Shown here: piece after piece, positions 39,475 through 49,887 of the stretch
Position numbering within the stretch: position 1 is the first letter of the stretch
Layout of the letters: each line of letters opens with the position of its first letter
From: Chloroflexota bacterium
GTDB lineage: Bacteria > Chloroflexota > Dehalococcoidia > Lucifugimonadales > UBA3495
DNA length: 64,000 nucleotides
NCBI GenBank assembly: GCA_027623675.1
Contig: JAQBVF010000008.1
Coordinates: 1-64,000, forward strand
Direction of reading: 5' to 3'
Program-made: the position numbers and the translations under genes
The notes under the pieces: model-generated
The model's input: the letters and a program-made list of their open reading frames with translations, nothing else
Databases searched by the model: none
Told to the model about the DNA's origin: nothing

Positions 39475-40848
39475 ATGGACCGTACCACCGAGATGCTGGC
39501 CTCATACGCCTGCCGGCTCAGCTATGAAGACCTGGGGCCCAAGACCGTGCATCAGGTCAAGCGCACCCTGGTTGACACCCTGGGTTGCGCCATGGGCGGG
39601 TATGTGTCCGAGCCGGCCAAGATTGCCCGGTCGATGGCCTCCACCATCTCCAGCACCAACCCGGCGCGGGTATTGGGCACCGACTCCTACACCTCGCCCG
39701 ACATGGCCGGGTTCGTCAACGGCGTCATGGTCCGGTACCTGGACTGCAACGACTCCTACTTCTCCCCCGGCGGCGGTCACCCCAGCGACATGATCACGGC
39801 GGTGCTGGCCCTGGCTGACCCGATGGTCGCCGATGGCCGCACGGTTATAACCTCCATCGCCCTGGCCTACGAGGTCTTCTGCCGCATCTCCGACGAGGTG
39901 GTGGCCGGCGACCTGGGCTGGGACCAGGGCATCTTCAGCGTGATCGGAGCCGCCTGCGGGGCCGGCAAGATACTCGGCTTGGACCACGAGCAGATGGCCC
40001 AGGCAATATCTCTGGCGGTCACCCCGTCGCTGCCGCTGGCGGTCACCCGCAGCGGAGAACTCTCCATGTGGAAGGGCTGCGCCACCGCCGCCGCCACCCG
40101 CTCCGCGGTGTTCGCGGCCATGCTGGCGGCCGAGGGTATGAGCGGCCCCGACGAGCCCTTCGACGGCAAACGCGGACTCTGGGAGCAGGCCGTGGGCAAA
40201 CCGGTAACCATACCAGACTTTCCGGTGGGCGGCAGCCGGGGCGAGGACGACCCATTCCGCATCAACCAGACCATCGTCAAGAGTTACCCGTCGCAGATAC
40301 ACACCCAGGCCCCCATCGGCCTGGCCCTCGAACTGGGCAAAGAGGTGGCCCTGGCCGATATCAAGTCCATCCACATCGACACCTATGCGTCGGCCGCCAG
40401 CAGCGCCGCCAGCGAGCCGGAGAAATGGGACCCCAAGACCAGGGAGACCGCCGACCACTCCATACCTTTCTTGGTCGCGGCGGCGCTCCAGGAGGGTGCG
40501 GTCACCCCCGGCACCTTCACGCCCCAGGGCATCGCCGACCCCGTCAAAAGGGCGACCATGGCCAAGATGACCCTGAGCGAAGACCCGGATTTCACCGCCA
40601 GATACCCTTCCCAATACAACTCGCGCATCACCATCACCGACCAGTCAGGCGGCGTCCACACCGCCCATACTTCCTACTCCAAGGGCCACAAGAACAACCC
40701 ACTTGACGACCAGGAGTTGGAGGCCAAGTTCCGCGGCTTCGCGTCGGGTGTTCTCTCCGAGGCGCAGTGCAGCCAGGTGTTGGAAACCATCTGGACCATC
40801 GACAACGCCACCGACCTGGACGACCTATTCGACGGCCTGGTGGTCTAA
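39475..40848 (+). CDS. MmgE/PrpD family protein
   Basis: RYLDCND, GHPSD, RSGELSMWKG, RETADHS. Confidence 0.92.
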   Translation: MDRTTEMLASYACRLSYEDLGPKTVHQVKRTLVDTLGCAMGGYVSEPAKIARSMASTISSTNPARVLGTDSYTSPDMAGFVNGVMVRYLDCNDSYFSPGGGHPSDMITAVLALADPMVADGRTVITSIALAYEVFCRISDEVVAGDLGWDQGIFSVIGAACGAGKILGLDHEQMAQAISLAVTPSLPLAVTRSGELSMWKGCATAAATRSAVFAAMLAAEGMSGPDEPFDGKRGLWEQAVGKPVTIPDFPVGGSRGEDDPFRINQTIVKSYPSQIHTQAPIGLALELGKEVALADIKSIHIDTYASAASSAASEPEKWDPKTRETADHSIPFLVAAALQEGAVTPGTFTPQGIADPVKRATMAKMTLSEDPDFTARYPSQYNSRITITDQSGGVHTAHTSYSKGHKNNPLDDQELEAKFRGFASGVLSEAQCSQVLETIWTIDNATDLDDLFDGLVV

Positions 40849-40874
40849 TCAGACCCGCTTCCATTCGGTAGAAC

Positions 40875-40916
40875 CAAGACGCCCGGCAGGAGATACGTTC
40901 TCCGCCGGGCGTCTTG
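40875..40916. terminator. Hairpin between convergent genes
   Basis: caagacgcccggc..gccgggcgtcttg; no clear U-tract. Confidence 0.55.
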
Positions 40917-40942
40917 AGCATCAGGCTGATTTCCGGATCGGC

Positions 40943-41206
40943 TTATGGGGTCAGGTCCAGGGCCTCGACGATTCCGTTGAACGGCAACTCGGCGGTAACG
41001 TTGACGTCTTTAACCAGGTCCTGGCTGTCAGACTCGAACAAGCACATGCACCGGGAGTCGCCGGGAACGAAGGTGCTCCTGATGTAGCGGACCGGCTTAC
41101 CCTCTGCCGTGAACTTTTGAGAGGTTTCGATCGCGGCCTTCTGCGCCCTCGCGAGTTGGTCCATGGTCAGCCCCGTAAGGTCTCTTTCCACCATATAAAC
41201 AGCCAT
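40943..41206 (-). CDS. DUF4242 (SCO4226-like) small protein, copy A
   Basis: YMVERDL..VRYIRSTFVPGDSRCMCLFE; SD AGGAGG. Confidence 0.85.
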   Translation of the reverse strand: MAVYMVERDLTGLTMDQLARAQKAAIETSQKFTAEGKPVRYIRSTFVPGDSRCMCLFESDSQDLVKDVNVTAELPFNGIVEALDLTP

Positions 41207-41406
41207 CTCTGTTCCTCCTATCCGGTTTATGCGTCCGCCGGTCCGGCGGCGTGGAGGAATAATAACCTTCCAGGGAACGTTGGGCATCGGCAGAAGTTCC
41301 CCTTTCCGCCAACAGGAATCTTCCAGGTTCGGGGGAATCATTAAGGGTGACGAACGGGTCTGCCTGGGAATTAGTTCCCATGTCCACGGTGGCTGCGGCG
41401 AGCCGG

Positions 41407-43045
41407 TTAAGGGACCAAACCGTTCCGGTTGGCGTAGACCGCAGCTTCAGTGCGGTTCCCGGAGTTGGTTTTGGTCAAGATACTGGTTACGTGGTGGGCA
41501 ACGGTCCGCAGACTGATAAATAGCTCAGCCGCGACTTCTTGGTTGCTTCGGCCTTGGGCAACCAGAATCAAAACCTCGATCTCTCGCGGCGTAAGCCCTC
41601 CCAACAACGGCCGTGTCTCTTGATTGGATTCCATTTCGCCTTGGTCCACGGTAAACCACTCTCTTGGGGCCAATTCGTGAGCAGTATTCAGGTGTTCGTC
41701 TGCCTCAGCCTCCCGTCCCTGAGCCCGGAGCAAAAGGCTGAAATTGTAATGGATAGCCGGGTCGCCCGGCCGGGACCGCAAGACCTCTGAATAGTGAGTC
41801 TCTGCCGCCGCCAAATCTCCCTTCGTATGCAGTAAGACCGCAAAGTTGTTGTGGGCCTCGGGGTACTCCGGCCTTAGACGAATCGCCTCCAGGTAGGATG
41901 CGCTGGCTTCTTCCAGTTGGCCGGCGTTTTCCAGAGCTAGTGCAAAATTGTAGTGGGCTTCGGGGTATTCCGGCCGTATCCGCAAGGCTTCCCGGTAGTG
42001 ATGCCGGGCTCGCTCGACATGACCCAGGTCATCCAACAGGATCGCTAAGTTATTGTGGACCTCGGCATACTCCGGCCTCAGACGTAGCGCCTCAGAGAAG
42101 TGACTCTCCGACTGAGCGGCTTCACCCACTACACGGAATAGGTTACCCAACCCGTAATGAGCGTCCACATAATCGGGGCGCAAACGCAGCGCCTCTTGAA
42201 ACCGTTCCGCGGCTCCATTGAGATTGCCCAGCGATTGTAGGAGCACCCCGTAGTTGTAGTGGGCTTCTGGATACCTGGGACGGACCTTGATGGCCTGGCG
42301 GTAATGCTCGGCGGCCTGGCCCCTCCTCGCCCTTGGCCCGCATGACAGCCCCCAGATTATTGTGGGCCTCTGCGTAGTCGGGCCTCATCTTCAGGGCCTG
42401 CTGATAATACCCAGATTCTTCTTCGCTATTTTCTTGGGCTGTGCCGATACAGGCAACACCGGCCAAAAAAAGGGTCTCTGCAGTGTGTCGCTCACCTATG
42501 TTGCCGGGCGAGTGATTGGGAGATGGTCTGATTTTATAGAGGGTTCTCTGCGGAAGATGGTCTCCCTCCAAAGCGTGGAGGCCGGCAGACTCGAATTCGT
42601 ACATCACCACATCCGAGGCGTCGAGAACGTTCTCAGTAACCAGCAACGAACCGGAATCCGCGGCCCCTGCGATCCGCCGGGCCAGGTCGATGGACCGTCC
42701 GATCCAGGCATCGCCACCATCAAGCCTAGTTGCATCACCAAAATGGCAGCCGAGGCGTAAAGGCAGTCGTGGTAGTTGTTCCTGGCTGCCGAACTTTGAA
42801 AGACCCGAGTTCCATCTCTCGATCAGTTTCAGGCTGAACTGCATCGCCCCATCGGCGCTTTCAAATATGAAGAGATGCCCATCGCCCTGAAAATTCCAGT
42901 ATAGACAGCCGTGCTGCGACGCCAACGATTCCGCCAAGTAACGGTACTCAGCAATCACGGCGACCACTTCGTCACGTGGGATTCGGCCCCAGAGAGATGT
43001 CTGGCGCCCCAAGTCTGAAAACACCGAGGCGAAATATGAAGCCAT
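41407..43045 (-). CDS. Class III cyclase-like + TPR + LuxR-HTH regulator, split by a +1 frameshift
   Basis: [15 protein letters not shown]-terminal domain; 34-aa RP(D/E)Y-EAH(N/Y)N repeats run across both ORFs; [23 protein letters not shown]; removing one C at 42320-42323 restores a single 545-aa frame. Confidence 0.8.
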
Positions 43046-43124
43046 AGAATGCCACCTAGATCGCTACTGAGGAACACGAATGGGGGTGACAAAAGAAACC
43101 GGCGGGGGAGCCCAGCGCAGTTAT

Positions 43125-43400
43125 CTAATTGATCTCTTCCGTGGTGATAGACAGCGCCTCAGAGATGTTCTCCACGGGCAGCTCGGCCCTCTGGTTGGCC
43201 AGCAGCACCGAATCTGGTCCCTCTCCCTCGAAGAGGCAGTAACACTTGTCTTCTCCGGGGATGAAGATGGAGCGCAGATACCTCACGGGCGTGCCTTCCC
43301 TGGTCATTTCCAAAGTGGTCTGTTTGGCCCGCTTGGCAGCTGCGGCGACCTGCTCTCCGGTGAAGTTGGGCAGATGCCGTTCCACAACGTATTGGGGCAT
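43125..43400 (-). CDS. DUF4242 (SCO4226-like) small protein, copy B
   Basis: YVVERHL..VRYLRSIFIPGEDKCYCLFE; clear paralog of copy A. Confidence 0.85.
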   Translation of the reverse strand: MPQYVVERHLPNFTGEQVAAAAKRAKQTTLEMTREGTPVRYLRSIFIPGEDKCYCLFEGEGPDSVLLANQRAELPVENISEALSITTEEIN

Positions 43401-43671
43401 ACGGGGCCTCGCTTGCCAGATCAATCGTAGGATCCAGTGGAGTATAGATGGGTGGCTTACGCCAGTCAATTTGCCAGTTTTCGGGCCGCGATGACGCGCC
43501 TGAATCGCCGCCAGCTCTCTCGGCGCGACCTGATGGCTAACCGCTCCGTGATATAATCCATGCCACTCTGATCACCGTGGTTTAGCCTATTCCACGGCTG
43601 ATTCCTTGCCGATTTCACAACCCCAGTCCGGCCCATTTATCGCATTTCCGAGGCCGGGTCTTTGGATATAA

Positions 43672-44535
43672 ATGAGCTCCCACGGCACCTCAGATTTCCG
43701 CACTCTTTTCTCCCAGATCGTTCGGTCGCCGGAAGAAGATATCGAACTAGACCGGGCGGCGCTATACCTCGCGGGGGAAGAGTATCCGAATATCGAGGTG
43801 CATCTCCATCTGGCGGAGTTGGATGCCCTAGCCGGCCAGATATCGCTCCGAGTGAGCACCGAAGCCACGCCGGCGGAACTGGGGCGCGCCATCGCCGGGC
43901 ATCTGTTTGGCGAAGCCGGATTCCACGGGAATTCCGGCCGGTACTACGACCCGGACAACAGCTACCTGAACCGGGTCTTGACCACGCGGTCCGGTATCCC
44001 CATAACCCTGTCGCTGGTCTTCATGGAGGTGGGACGCCGCCTGGGACTGCGGTGCCACGGCGTAGGTCTGCCGGGTCATTTCATAGTCGGGATAGACGAC
44101 CCCGAAGCGACCGGCACCGGCAGCCCGATGACCTACCTGGACCCATTCAACGCCGGCGCGATATTAACCGCCGGAGACTGCCGGAACGTGGTCCAGAATA
44201 TGTCGGGCGGACGCATGGAATGGTCAGACGGGTTCCTGGCCCCCTGCACCAAGCTCGACATCCTCTTCCGCATGCTGAACAATCTAAAGAGCATCTACAT
44301 GCGGAGCGAGCAGCACGGCAAGGCCATCGGCGTCATTCAGCGGATGGGCATCATCTCCCCCGGTTTGCCGTCGCTGTACCAAGAGCAGTCCTGGTGCCAT
44401 GCCGAACAGCACGAGTACCGGCGGGCCATCGAATGTTTGGAAGATTACCTAAAAACTGCCGACGGCGCCCAAAACGCCCAGCGTGTCAAGGAACAGATCA
44501 ACGGACTCTGGGCATCGCTGAGCCGGCTGAATTGA
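43672..44535 (+). CDS. SirB1 family protein (transglutaminase-like + TPR)
   Basis: YYDPDNSYLNRVL..GIPITLS, GLPGHF, DPFNAG, RMLNNLK. Confidence 0.9.
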   Translation: MSSHGTSDFRTLFSQIVRSPEEDIELDRAALYLAGEEYPNIEVHLHLAELDALAGQISLRVSTEATPAELGRAIAGHLFGEAGFHGNSGRYYDPDNSYLNRVLTTRSGIPITLSLVFMEVGRRLGLRCHGVGLPGHFIVGIDDPEATGTGSPMTYLDPFNAGAILTAGDCRNVVQNMSGGRMEWSDGFLAPCTKLDILFRMLNNLKSIYMRSEQHGKAIGVIQRMGIISPGLPSLYQEQSWCHAEQHEYRRAIECLEDYLKTADGAQNAQRVKEQINGLWASLSRLN

Positions 44536-44674
44536 GCCCTCTGTTGATTGAAACACTCCCCGATACCGCCGCGAGAAAATCCGTCCGGGAACATCCGCCG
44601 TATATAATATCAGACATGATTTTCATGTCTGAAGAATTCCCTCGGCCCCACGGGACCAACATCCGGAGCACCCT

Positions 44675-45250
44675 GTGGCCGACTACGAGTCATTAGACGA
44701 CCACCAGTTGATCCAGCGGGTCTCCGAGGTCGACAAGGACGCACTGGAAGCCCTGTATGTCAGGTATCAGACACCGGTGTATTCCCTTGCTATGTTCATG
44801 CTGAAACAACCCGCGTTAGCCGAAGAGGTGACTCAGGACATCTTCCTGAATATCTGGCTGAAAGCCTCCAGCTTCAACGGGGAACGCGGCCAGCCCAAAG
44901 CCTGGATCATGAGCGTGGCACACCACAAGATCGTCGATCTCATCCGGTCGCGGCGCCGGACGATCGTCAACACCGAACCTGCCGATTACGAAACCCTGGA
45001 CCTGCTGCCAGCCGGCGGCGCCTCCACCGAGGCGCAGGTCGAACAGACGATGGACCGGGAACGCATCATGCGGGCCCTGGAGACGATTCCTGGACCGCAA
45101 CGCGAAGTAATCATGCTGGCCTATTTCGGGGGACTTTCCCAATCGGAGATGGCCGAGAGATTGGAACTACCGCTGGGCACTATCAAGACCCGAGTGCGCC
45201 TGGCGATTCAAAAACTACGCACAGTATTGGAAAACGATGGCCACGAATAA
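44675..45250 (+). CDS. ECF sigma factor, SigK-like
   Basis: AEEVTQDIF, W..SVAH, AYFGGLSQSEMA..PLGTIKTR. Confidence 0.92.
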   Translation: MADYESLDDHQLIQRVSEVDKDALEALYVRYQTPVYSLAMFMLKQPALAEEVTQDIFLNIWLKASSFNGERGQPKAWIMSVAHHKIVDLIRSRRRTIVNTEPADYETLDLLPAGGASTEAQVEQTMDRERIMRALETIPGPQREVIMLAYFGGLSQSEMAERLELPLGTIKTRVRLAIQKLRTVLENDGHE

Positions 45251-46232
45251 CCCGAATTACGATCCTGGAGATCGAGATGCTAGGCCGGGCCACCCGGTTG
45301 ACATGCTCGAGGCGTTTGCGCTCGACGCCCTGGACCTGGACGAGGAAGAATCGGTCCAGGACCACCTTGACGCCTGCGGTCAATGCAGCGAGGCGGTGGA
45401 CCGGTACCAGGAAACCGCCGCCACATTGGCCGGGTCAGTCGCCATCCATGAACCGCCTCCGGGACTGCGGGCCAGCTTGATGCAGGCCATATCCAGGGAG
45501 GAACCGGCCACGGCGGCCGGCCCTGGGCCACTGCTTGTGCCTCTGATGGGAAACGGCGCCGCCGGTGGAGAGGAAGCGGGAGGCGGACTGTTCGACAGCC
45601 GCCTGGTCCGTATCTTTGCCCCCATGACCGCTTCCGTCGCCATGGTGCTGGTGGTGCTCGCCGTGACTATGAACGTCCGAATCTCCGGTCAGGTCGACGA
45701 CCTAAAGAGGGAAAACGCCAGTCTCCAGGCCAACGTCGACTCCAACTCCGCCACGGTGACCGCCCAGCTAAACGCGTCTGCCCAAGCGGGGTCCGATGTC
45801 ATCGAGTCGGTGCTCAAGCTCCAACAAGCCAGCTTCGAGATGGCTCAACCCGACAACCGCTCCCTGGCGTTGCGCTCACCTACCACCGGAAGCGCCTCCC
45901 AGGGAATCTTGCTGGTGAGCAGCGACGGCAGCCGAGGGGTGATCATGGTCACTGGTTTGGAGCCGCCCGACCCCGCCACCGACTACCAAGTCTGGCTGAT
46001 GCGCGGCCGCGACAAAGTGTGGGCCGGCACGATCGGCGTCGACTCTCGCGGGTCCGGCACGGTCATGTTGCAACTTCCCGAATCCATCATGGGCTTCGAG
46101 AAAGTGGAATTGACCGCCACCAGGAATGACAGCGCCTCCCAGCCCCAGACCAACATGGTCCTGGAAGGAGACCTGGTGTCGATGGTCACGCAGACTGCGC
46201 CCCGCATGGTGACTTACTCCCCCTGGCGGTAG
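45237..46232 (+). CDS. Anti-sigma factor, RskA-like with ZAS zinc motif
   Basis: HLDACGQC, single TM helix, YQVWL; overlaps the sigma gene. Confidence 0.88.
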   Translation: MATNNPNYDPGDRDARPGHPVDMLEAFALDALDLDEEESVQDHLDACGQCSEAVDRYQETAATLAGSVAIHEPPPGLRASLMQAISREEPATAAGPGPLLVPLMGNGAAGGEEAGGGLFDSRLVRIFAPMTASVAMVLVVLAVTMNVRISGQVDDLKRENASLQANVDSNSATVTAQLNASAQAGSDVIESVLKLQQASFEMAQPDNRSLALRSPTTGSASQGILLVSSDGSRGVIMVTGLEPPDPATDYQVWLMRGRDKVWAGTIGVDSRGSGTVMLQLPESIMGFEKVELTATRNDSASQPQTNMVLEGDLVSMVTQTAPRMVTYSPWR

Positions 46233-46334
46233 CGCACCCAATCAATCACCTGGCCAAACTCGCGGGGGCTGTTCTTGGCCCAGGTGAAAAACGGCTGGTA
46301 TACTCCGCGCAATCTCAGACGAGGGAATGGTGTA

Positions 46335-46475
46335 GTGAGCGTGTTCTTTCTAAAGTCCCTTCTTCATAAAGCCTACGACCTGAACTGCGAGATCTGCGGC
46401 GCTTCCATGATTGAGCAGAAGTGCAAGATCAGATGTCCCAACTGCGGATTCACCCGGGACTGCTCGGACCCATAG
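46335..46475 (+). CDS. Small CxxC-CxxC zinc-finger microprotein
   Basis: CEICG..KCKIRCPNCGFTRDCSDP; GTG 46335 follows GAGGG; start uncertain. Confidence 0.7.
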   Translation: MSVFFLKSLLHKAYDLNCEICGASMIEQKCKIRCPNCGFTRDCSDP

Positions 46476-46534
46476 ACGCCTGTCTCCAGATCAGCGCTCT
46501 GTGACCGCGATAACTTGGCTATCGGAGACCTGGC

Positions 46535-48022
46535 TTATTCTTCGACCGGGTGGGGCCACCACTCTGGATAATCCCTAAGCTTCAGGTGGCGAAAGAACTG
46601 GGGTTGGACCTCAACCGCCAAGCGCAACGCTTCAATCATGGGTTCCCTGATGGAGAAGTGGGCTTCTTCGGAGGTCCGCATCTTGAAAAGGTGATAGCAC
46701 TCCCGCAGATTGAACTTGCTGACCACCCGCCGGTTGTGCGCATGGGTCACCAGGTATTGGGCTGCCAGAGGCAAAACCTCCCGCACCTTCCAATAGGCTG
46801 CTTCCGCAGGGCGTAGGGATTCTTCAAACTCCTCCGTAAGCCCAGCCTGGGCCACCACCGGCGGGACGCGGTAACCGTGGGCCACGGTCAACGGCTGGGG
46901 CAGGTAGGACATCATCCGGTGGCGTTTGAACTCCCGGTACGCGCCGTAGTCCAATAAGAACTCAAAGCTGTAGTCCACAACCTCAAACTCACGCAGCGGC
47001 GCGTCGTGGGGCCCCAGACCGGCGGCGCACTCGTCGATGATTGCCTGCCTTGATTCCGGGCCCAATTCGTTCACCCGCTCCAACACTTGGTCATAAGCAA
47101 GGTTGGAGTGGCGGTACAGCAGCGCCGCCGCTAGCTTGGTTTCGCCGTCGCGGTCCCAGTGGACCAGACGGACCTCGGGGGCGCCAGTATTCGAAGCATC
47201 CACCGGTCCTTTCGCCGGAGGTTTTTCTGGTGGAAATCCAGACCGGACGGCCAGGTCACGTTGCAGGCCCGACGCCCGCGCGATGTACTCAACCCTGTCG
47301 GCATACTTGATCAGCGTGGGCGTGACCGCCCGGCCTTGGTCCCGCACCTCCCCGCCCAGGCGCTGTTCCTCGATAAGCTCCGAAGACACCAGCTTGGCGA
47401 TGGCGTGCTCCAGGGTGCGGGCATTGGCCGTCACTCCCACGTTGGTCAGCGTGGCCGCGGGCAGTATCGCCCGGCAATGGTCGGTGGCTACCCGGCGCAA
47501 GCGCATATTGTAGGCCCCGTCCCTTTCGGTGGCGATGCGGGGCGTGGTCTTCTTTAGATGCTCCATGCAGCCGTCGATCAGCTTGAAGTAGCCTTGGAAC
47601 AGGGACCTACAGGCAGTTTCGTATTCTTTCTTCAGGGCCGGATGCTGGGCCAACTCCTCGGGGACGTGGTAATAATCCTCAGGCATCACCTGGTAGCGGG
47701 TGGACTTCTCCGTGTAGGATGCCAGTCGGTTGTCCTCCAGCGTGTCGCAGGCCAGCCGGGACACGTTCTCCACCGCCAGATGCACCACGGCGTGTTCCGC
47801 CACCGAGGCGTGGCCGTAGCCGAGCACCCACCGCTCGTGAAAGTCGGCCGCCTTCTCCTGGCTAACCTGCTCGGCGATCTCATCGAAGGCCTCGGGGCGG
47901 CGCGAGGTCATGGCGAAGGCAACCGCGATCTGCTCCTCGCTCAGTTCATGGGCGTCCATCGGGTAAACACGCCTGCCATATGAAGGCGTGGTGGACCCGG
48001 TTCCTGGTTTCGGTTCGGTCAT
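46535..48022 (-). CDS. thyX: FAD-dependent thymidylate synthase, tandem-domain form
   Basis: YGHASVAEH, SYTEKSTRY, RHR, two Thy1-like halves. Confidence 0.88.
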   Translation of the reverse strand: MTEPKPGTGSTTPSYGRRVYPMDAHELSEEQIAVAFAMTSRRPEAFDEIAEQVSQEKAADFHERWVLGYGHASVAEHAVVHLAVENVSRLACDTLEDNRLASYTEKSTRYQVMPEDYYHVPEELAQHPALKKEYETACRSLFQGYFKLIDGCMEHLKKTTPRIATERDGAYNMRLRRVATDHCRAILPAATLTNVGVTANARTLEHAIAKLVSSELIEEQRLGGEVRDQGRAVTPTLIKYADRVEYIARASGLQRDLAVRSGFPPEKPPAKGPVDASNTGAPEVRLVHWDRDGETKLAAALLYRHSNLAYDQVLERVNELGPESRQAIIDECAAGLGPHDAPLREFEVVDYSFEFLLDYGAYREFKRHRMMSYLPQPLTVAHGYRVPPVVAQAGLTEEFEESLRPAEAAYWKVREVLPLAAQYLVTHAHNRRVVSKFNLRECYHLFKMRTSEEAHFSIREPMIEALRLAVEVQPQFFRHLKLRDYPEWWPHPVEE

Positions 48023-48148
48023 CTTGCGGTGAAATCTCCGGCCTGGAATAACTGAAAAATCGCCTAAACCATTTGCCTGGATTCAGACCCGGCGCGTCAA
48101 GGACGCCGTGCCTCAACTTTATGTCAATTGTGGCCGTCAACCGGCCAA

Positions 48149-48189
48149 CAGACAAGGGCCTGGAAGCGCTGCTTCCAGGCCCTTGTCTG
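48149..48189. terminator. 19-bp perfect inverted repeat downstream of the ThDP enzyme
   Basis: cagacaagggcctggaagc-gct-gcttccaggcccttgtctg. Confidence 0.65.
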
Positions 48190-48209
48190 ATTTCCGGAAT
48201 GGGCGCCGC

Positions 48210-49850
48210 TTACGTCAAAGAACCGAACCCGTCGGGGATCTGGACCTCCACCAGGTGGGTCTTGCCCGACCCGATGGCGTCGCCCAGAACTTTGCCGAGG
48301 TCCTTCACGTTAGAGACCTTGGTGCCCTCGAACCCGTAGGACTCGAACAGCTTCACAAAGTCGGGGTTGACCAACTCAGTGGCGAACTGGCGGCCCTCGC
48401 CGAACCGGTCCTTCTGGTAATTTTTAAGCACGCCCCAGGCGCTGTCGTTGAACATCAGCACCACGGGGTTGATGCCGTACTGGGCGCAAGACGCCAACTC
48501 CTGGAAGTTATACTGGAATCCGCCGTCGCCGGTGACACAGACCACCGGGTTGTCCGGCTTGCCCACCTTGGCGCCGATGGCCGCGGGGAAGGCGAACCCT
48601 AGCCCCAGCCAACCGTGGGGATGCATGTAGGTGCGGGGCTCGTAGATGTCCAGGCAGCGCGCCGCCCGGCTGGCCGGCACCGTCGGGTCCAGCGAGAAGA
48701 TGGTGTTTCTTGGCGTAACCTCGCGGACCGTTTCAAAGACCTTTAGCTCGTTGCCCCAGGTCTCTTCCAGCTTGCGGCGTACCTCGCCCTTGATGGACGC
48801 GATCTCGTTCTTGAAGGCATCTCCCTTGTCCACGTCCTGGTTGCCGATGGCGCCCAGCCATTGCTGCACCACGGCCTGGGAGTTAGCCACGATGGGCACG
48901 GTGGCCGGGTAGTTCTTGCCGATGGCATCGCCGTCCAGCAGTACGTGGACCGTGTCTTTGGGCAACTGCAACTGGATGCCGGTGGTGGACCGCTGGGGCA
49001 GGATGCAGCCCAACACGACCACCAGGTCGCAGGTTCCCAGCCAATCTTGGACCGGGTTCTCGCCCCAGATGCGGCGTCCCAACGTCTGACCCACGGACAG
49101 CGGATGGTCCTCAGGGAAAGCGCCCTTGGCGCCGTCGCCGGTGACCACTGCCGCGCCCAACTTCTCGGCCAATTCGATGATCTGCTGGGTGCCGCCCAAC
49201 ATCTGGACTTCCTCTCCGACCAGGATGACCGGCCGTTTGGCCTTCAGAATCATCTGCAGCGCCTGCTCGACCTTGTTCGGGTCGCCCTTGGGCACGTCGG
49301 GCTGCCGGGCGGTCAGCACCTCCACATCCGCCTCTTCGCCCAACAGGTTGGTGGGTATCTCCAACTCGATGGGCCTGGGACGGCGGGTCTGGAACCGGTC
49401 AAAGGCCTCCATGATATTGTCGGGTATGGACTCCACCTGGTTGATCATGGCGTTCCAATCGGTGACCGACTCGAACATGCGGAGCTGGTCCTTAGTCTCG
49501 TGGGTTGAGAGTTTGCCACTGCCGATGAACTCCTGCTCCACGTTGGTGGTGATCTGCAAAACCGGAGAGCCGGAGAAATAGGCCTCGCCCATCGCTCCCA
49601 TGGAGTCGGCCGCACCGGGGCCGGTGCTGGTGAAGAGCACTCCGGGTTTGCCGGTGGCCCGGGCGTAACCGTCGGCCATGAACCCGCAGCCCAATTCCAG
49701 CCGCCCGCCGATGAATCTCATGCTGTCTTGACTCCCAAACAGGGAATCGAACAAGTCCAGATTATGAATGGATATGATCCCGAATACGGTGTCCACTCCC
49801 TGGGCTTTAAGGGACTCAACCACCGTCTGTCCACCGGTTAATTTAGGCAC
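48210..49850 (-). CDS. ThDP-dependent enzyme, acetolactate synthase-like, paralog 3
   Basis: RLE, TGPG, GDGGFQY..ND, NPDF. Confidence 0.92.
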   Translation of the reverse strand: MPKLTGGQTVVESLKAQGVDTVFGIISIHNLDLFDSLFGSQDSMRFIGGRLELGCGFMADGYARATGKPGVLFTSTGPGAADSMGAMGEAYFSGSPVLQITTNVEQEFIGSGKLSTHETKDQLRMFESVTDWNAMINQVESIPDNIMEAFDRFQTRRPRPIELEIPTNLLGEEADVEVLTARQPDVPKGDPNKVEQALQMILKAKRPVILVGEEVQMLGGTQQIIELAEKLGAAVVTGDGAKGAFPEDHPLSVGQTLGRRIWGENPVQDWLGTCDLVVVLGCILPQRSTTGIQLQLPKDTVHVLLDGDAIGKNYPATVPIVANSQAVVQQWLGAIGNQDVDKGDAFKNEIASIKGEVRRKLEETWGNELKVFETVREVTPRNTIFSLDPTVPASRAARCLDIYEPRTYMHPHGWLGLGFAFPAAIGAKVGKPDNPVVCVTGDGGFQYNFQELASCAQYGINPVVLMFNDSAWGVLKNYQKDRFGEGRQFATELVNPDFVKLFESYGFEGTKVSNVKDLGKVLGDAIGSGKTHLVEVQIPDGFGSLT

Positions 49851-49887
49851 GTATACTCTCCTCGGTTCGAGCTTTCAAATGATTGGA

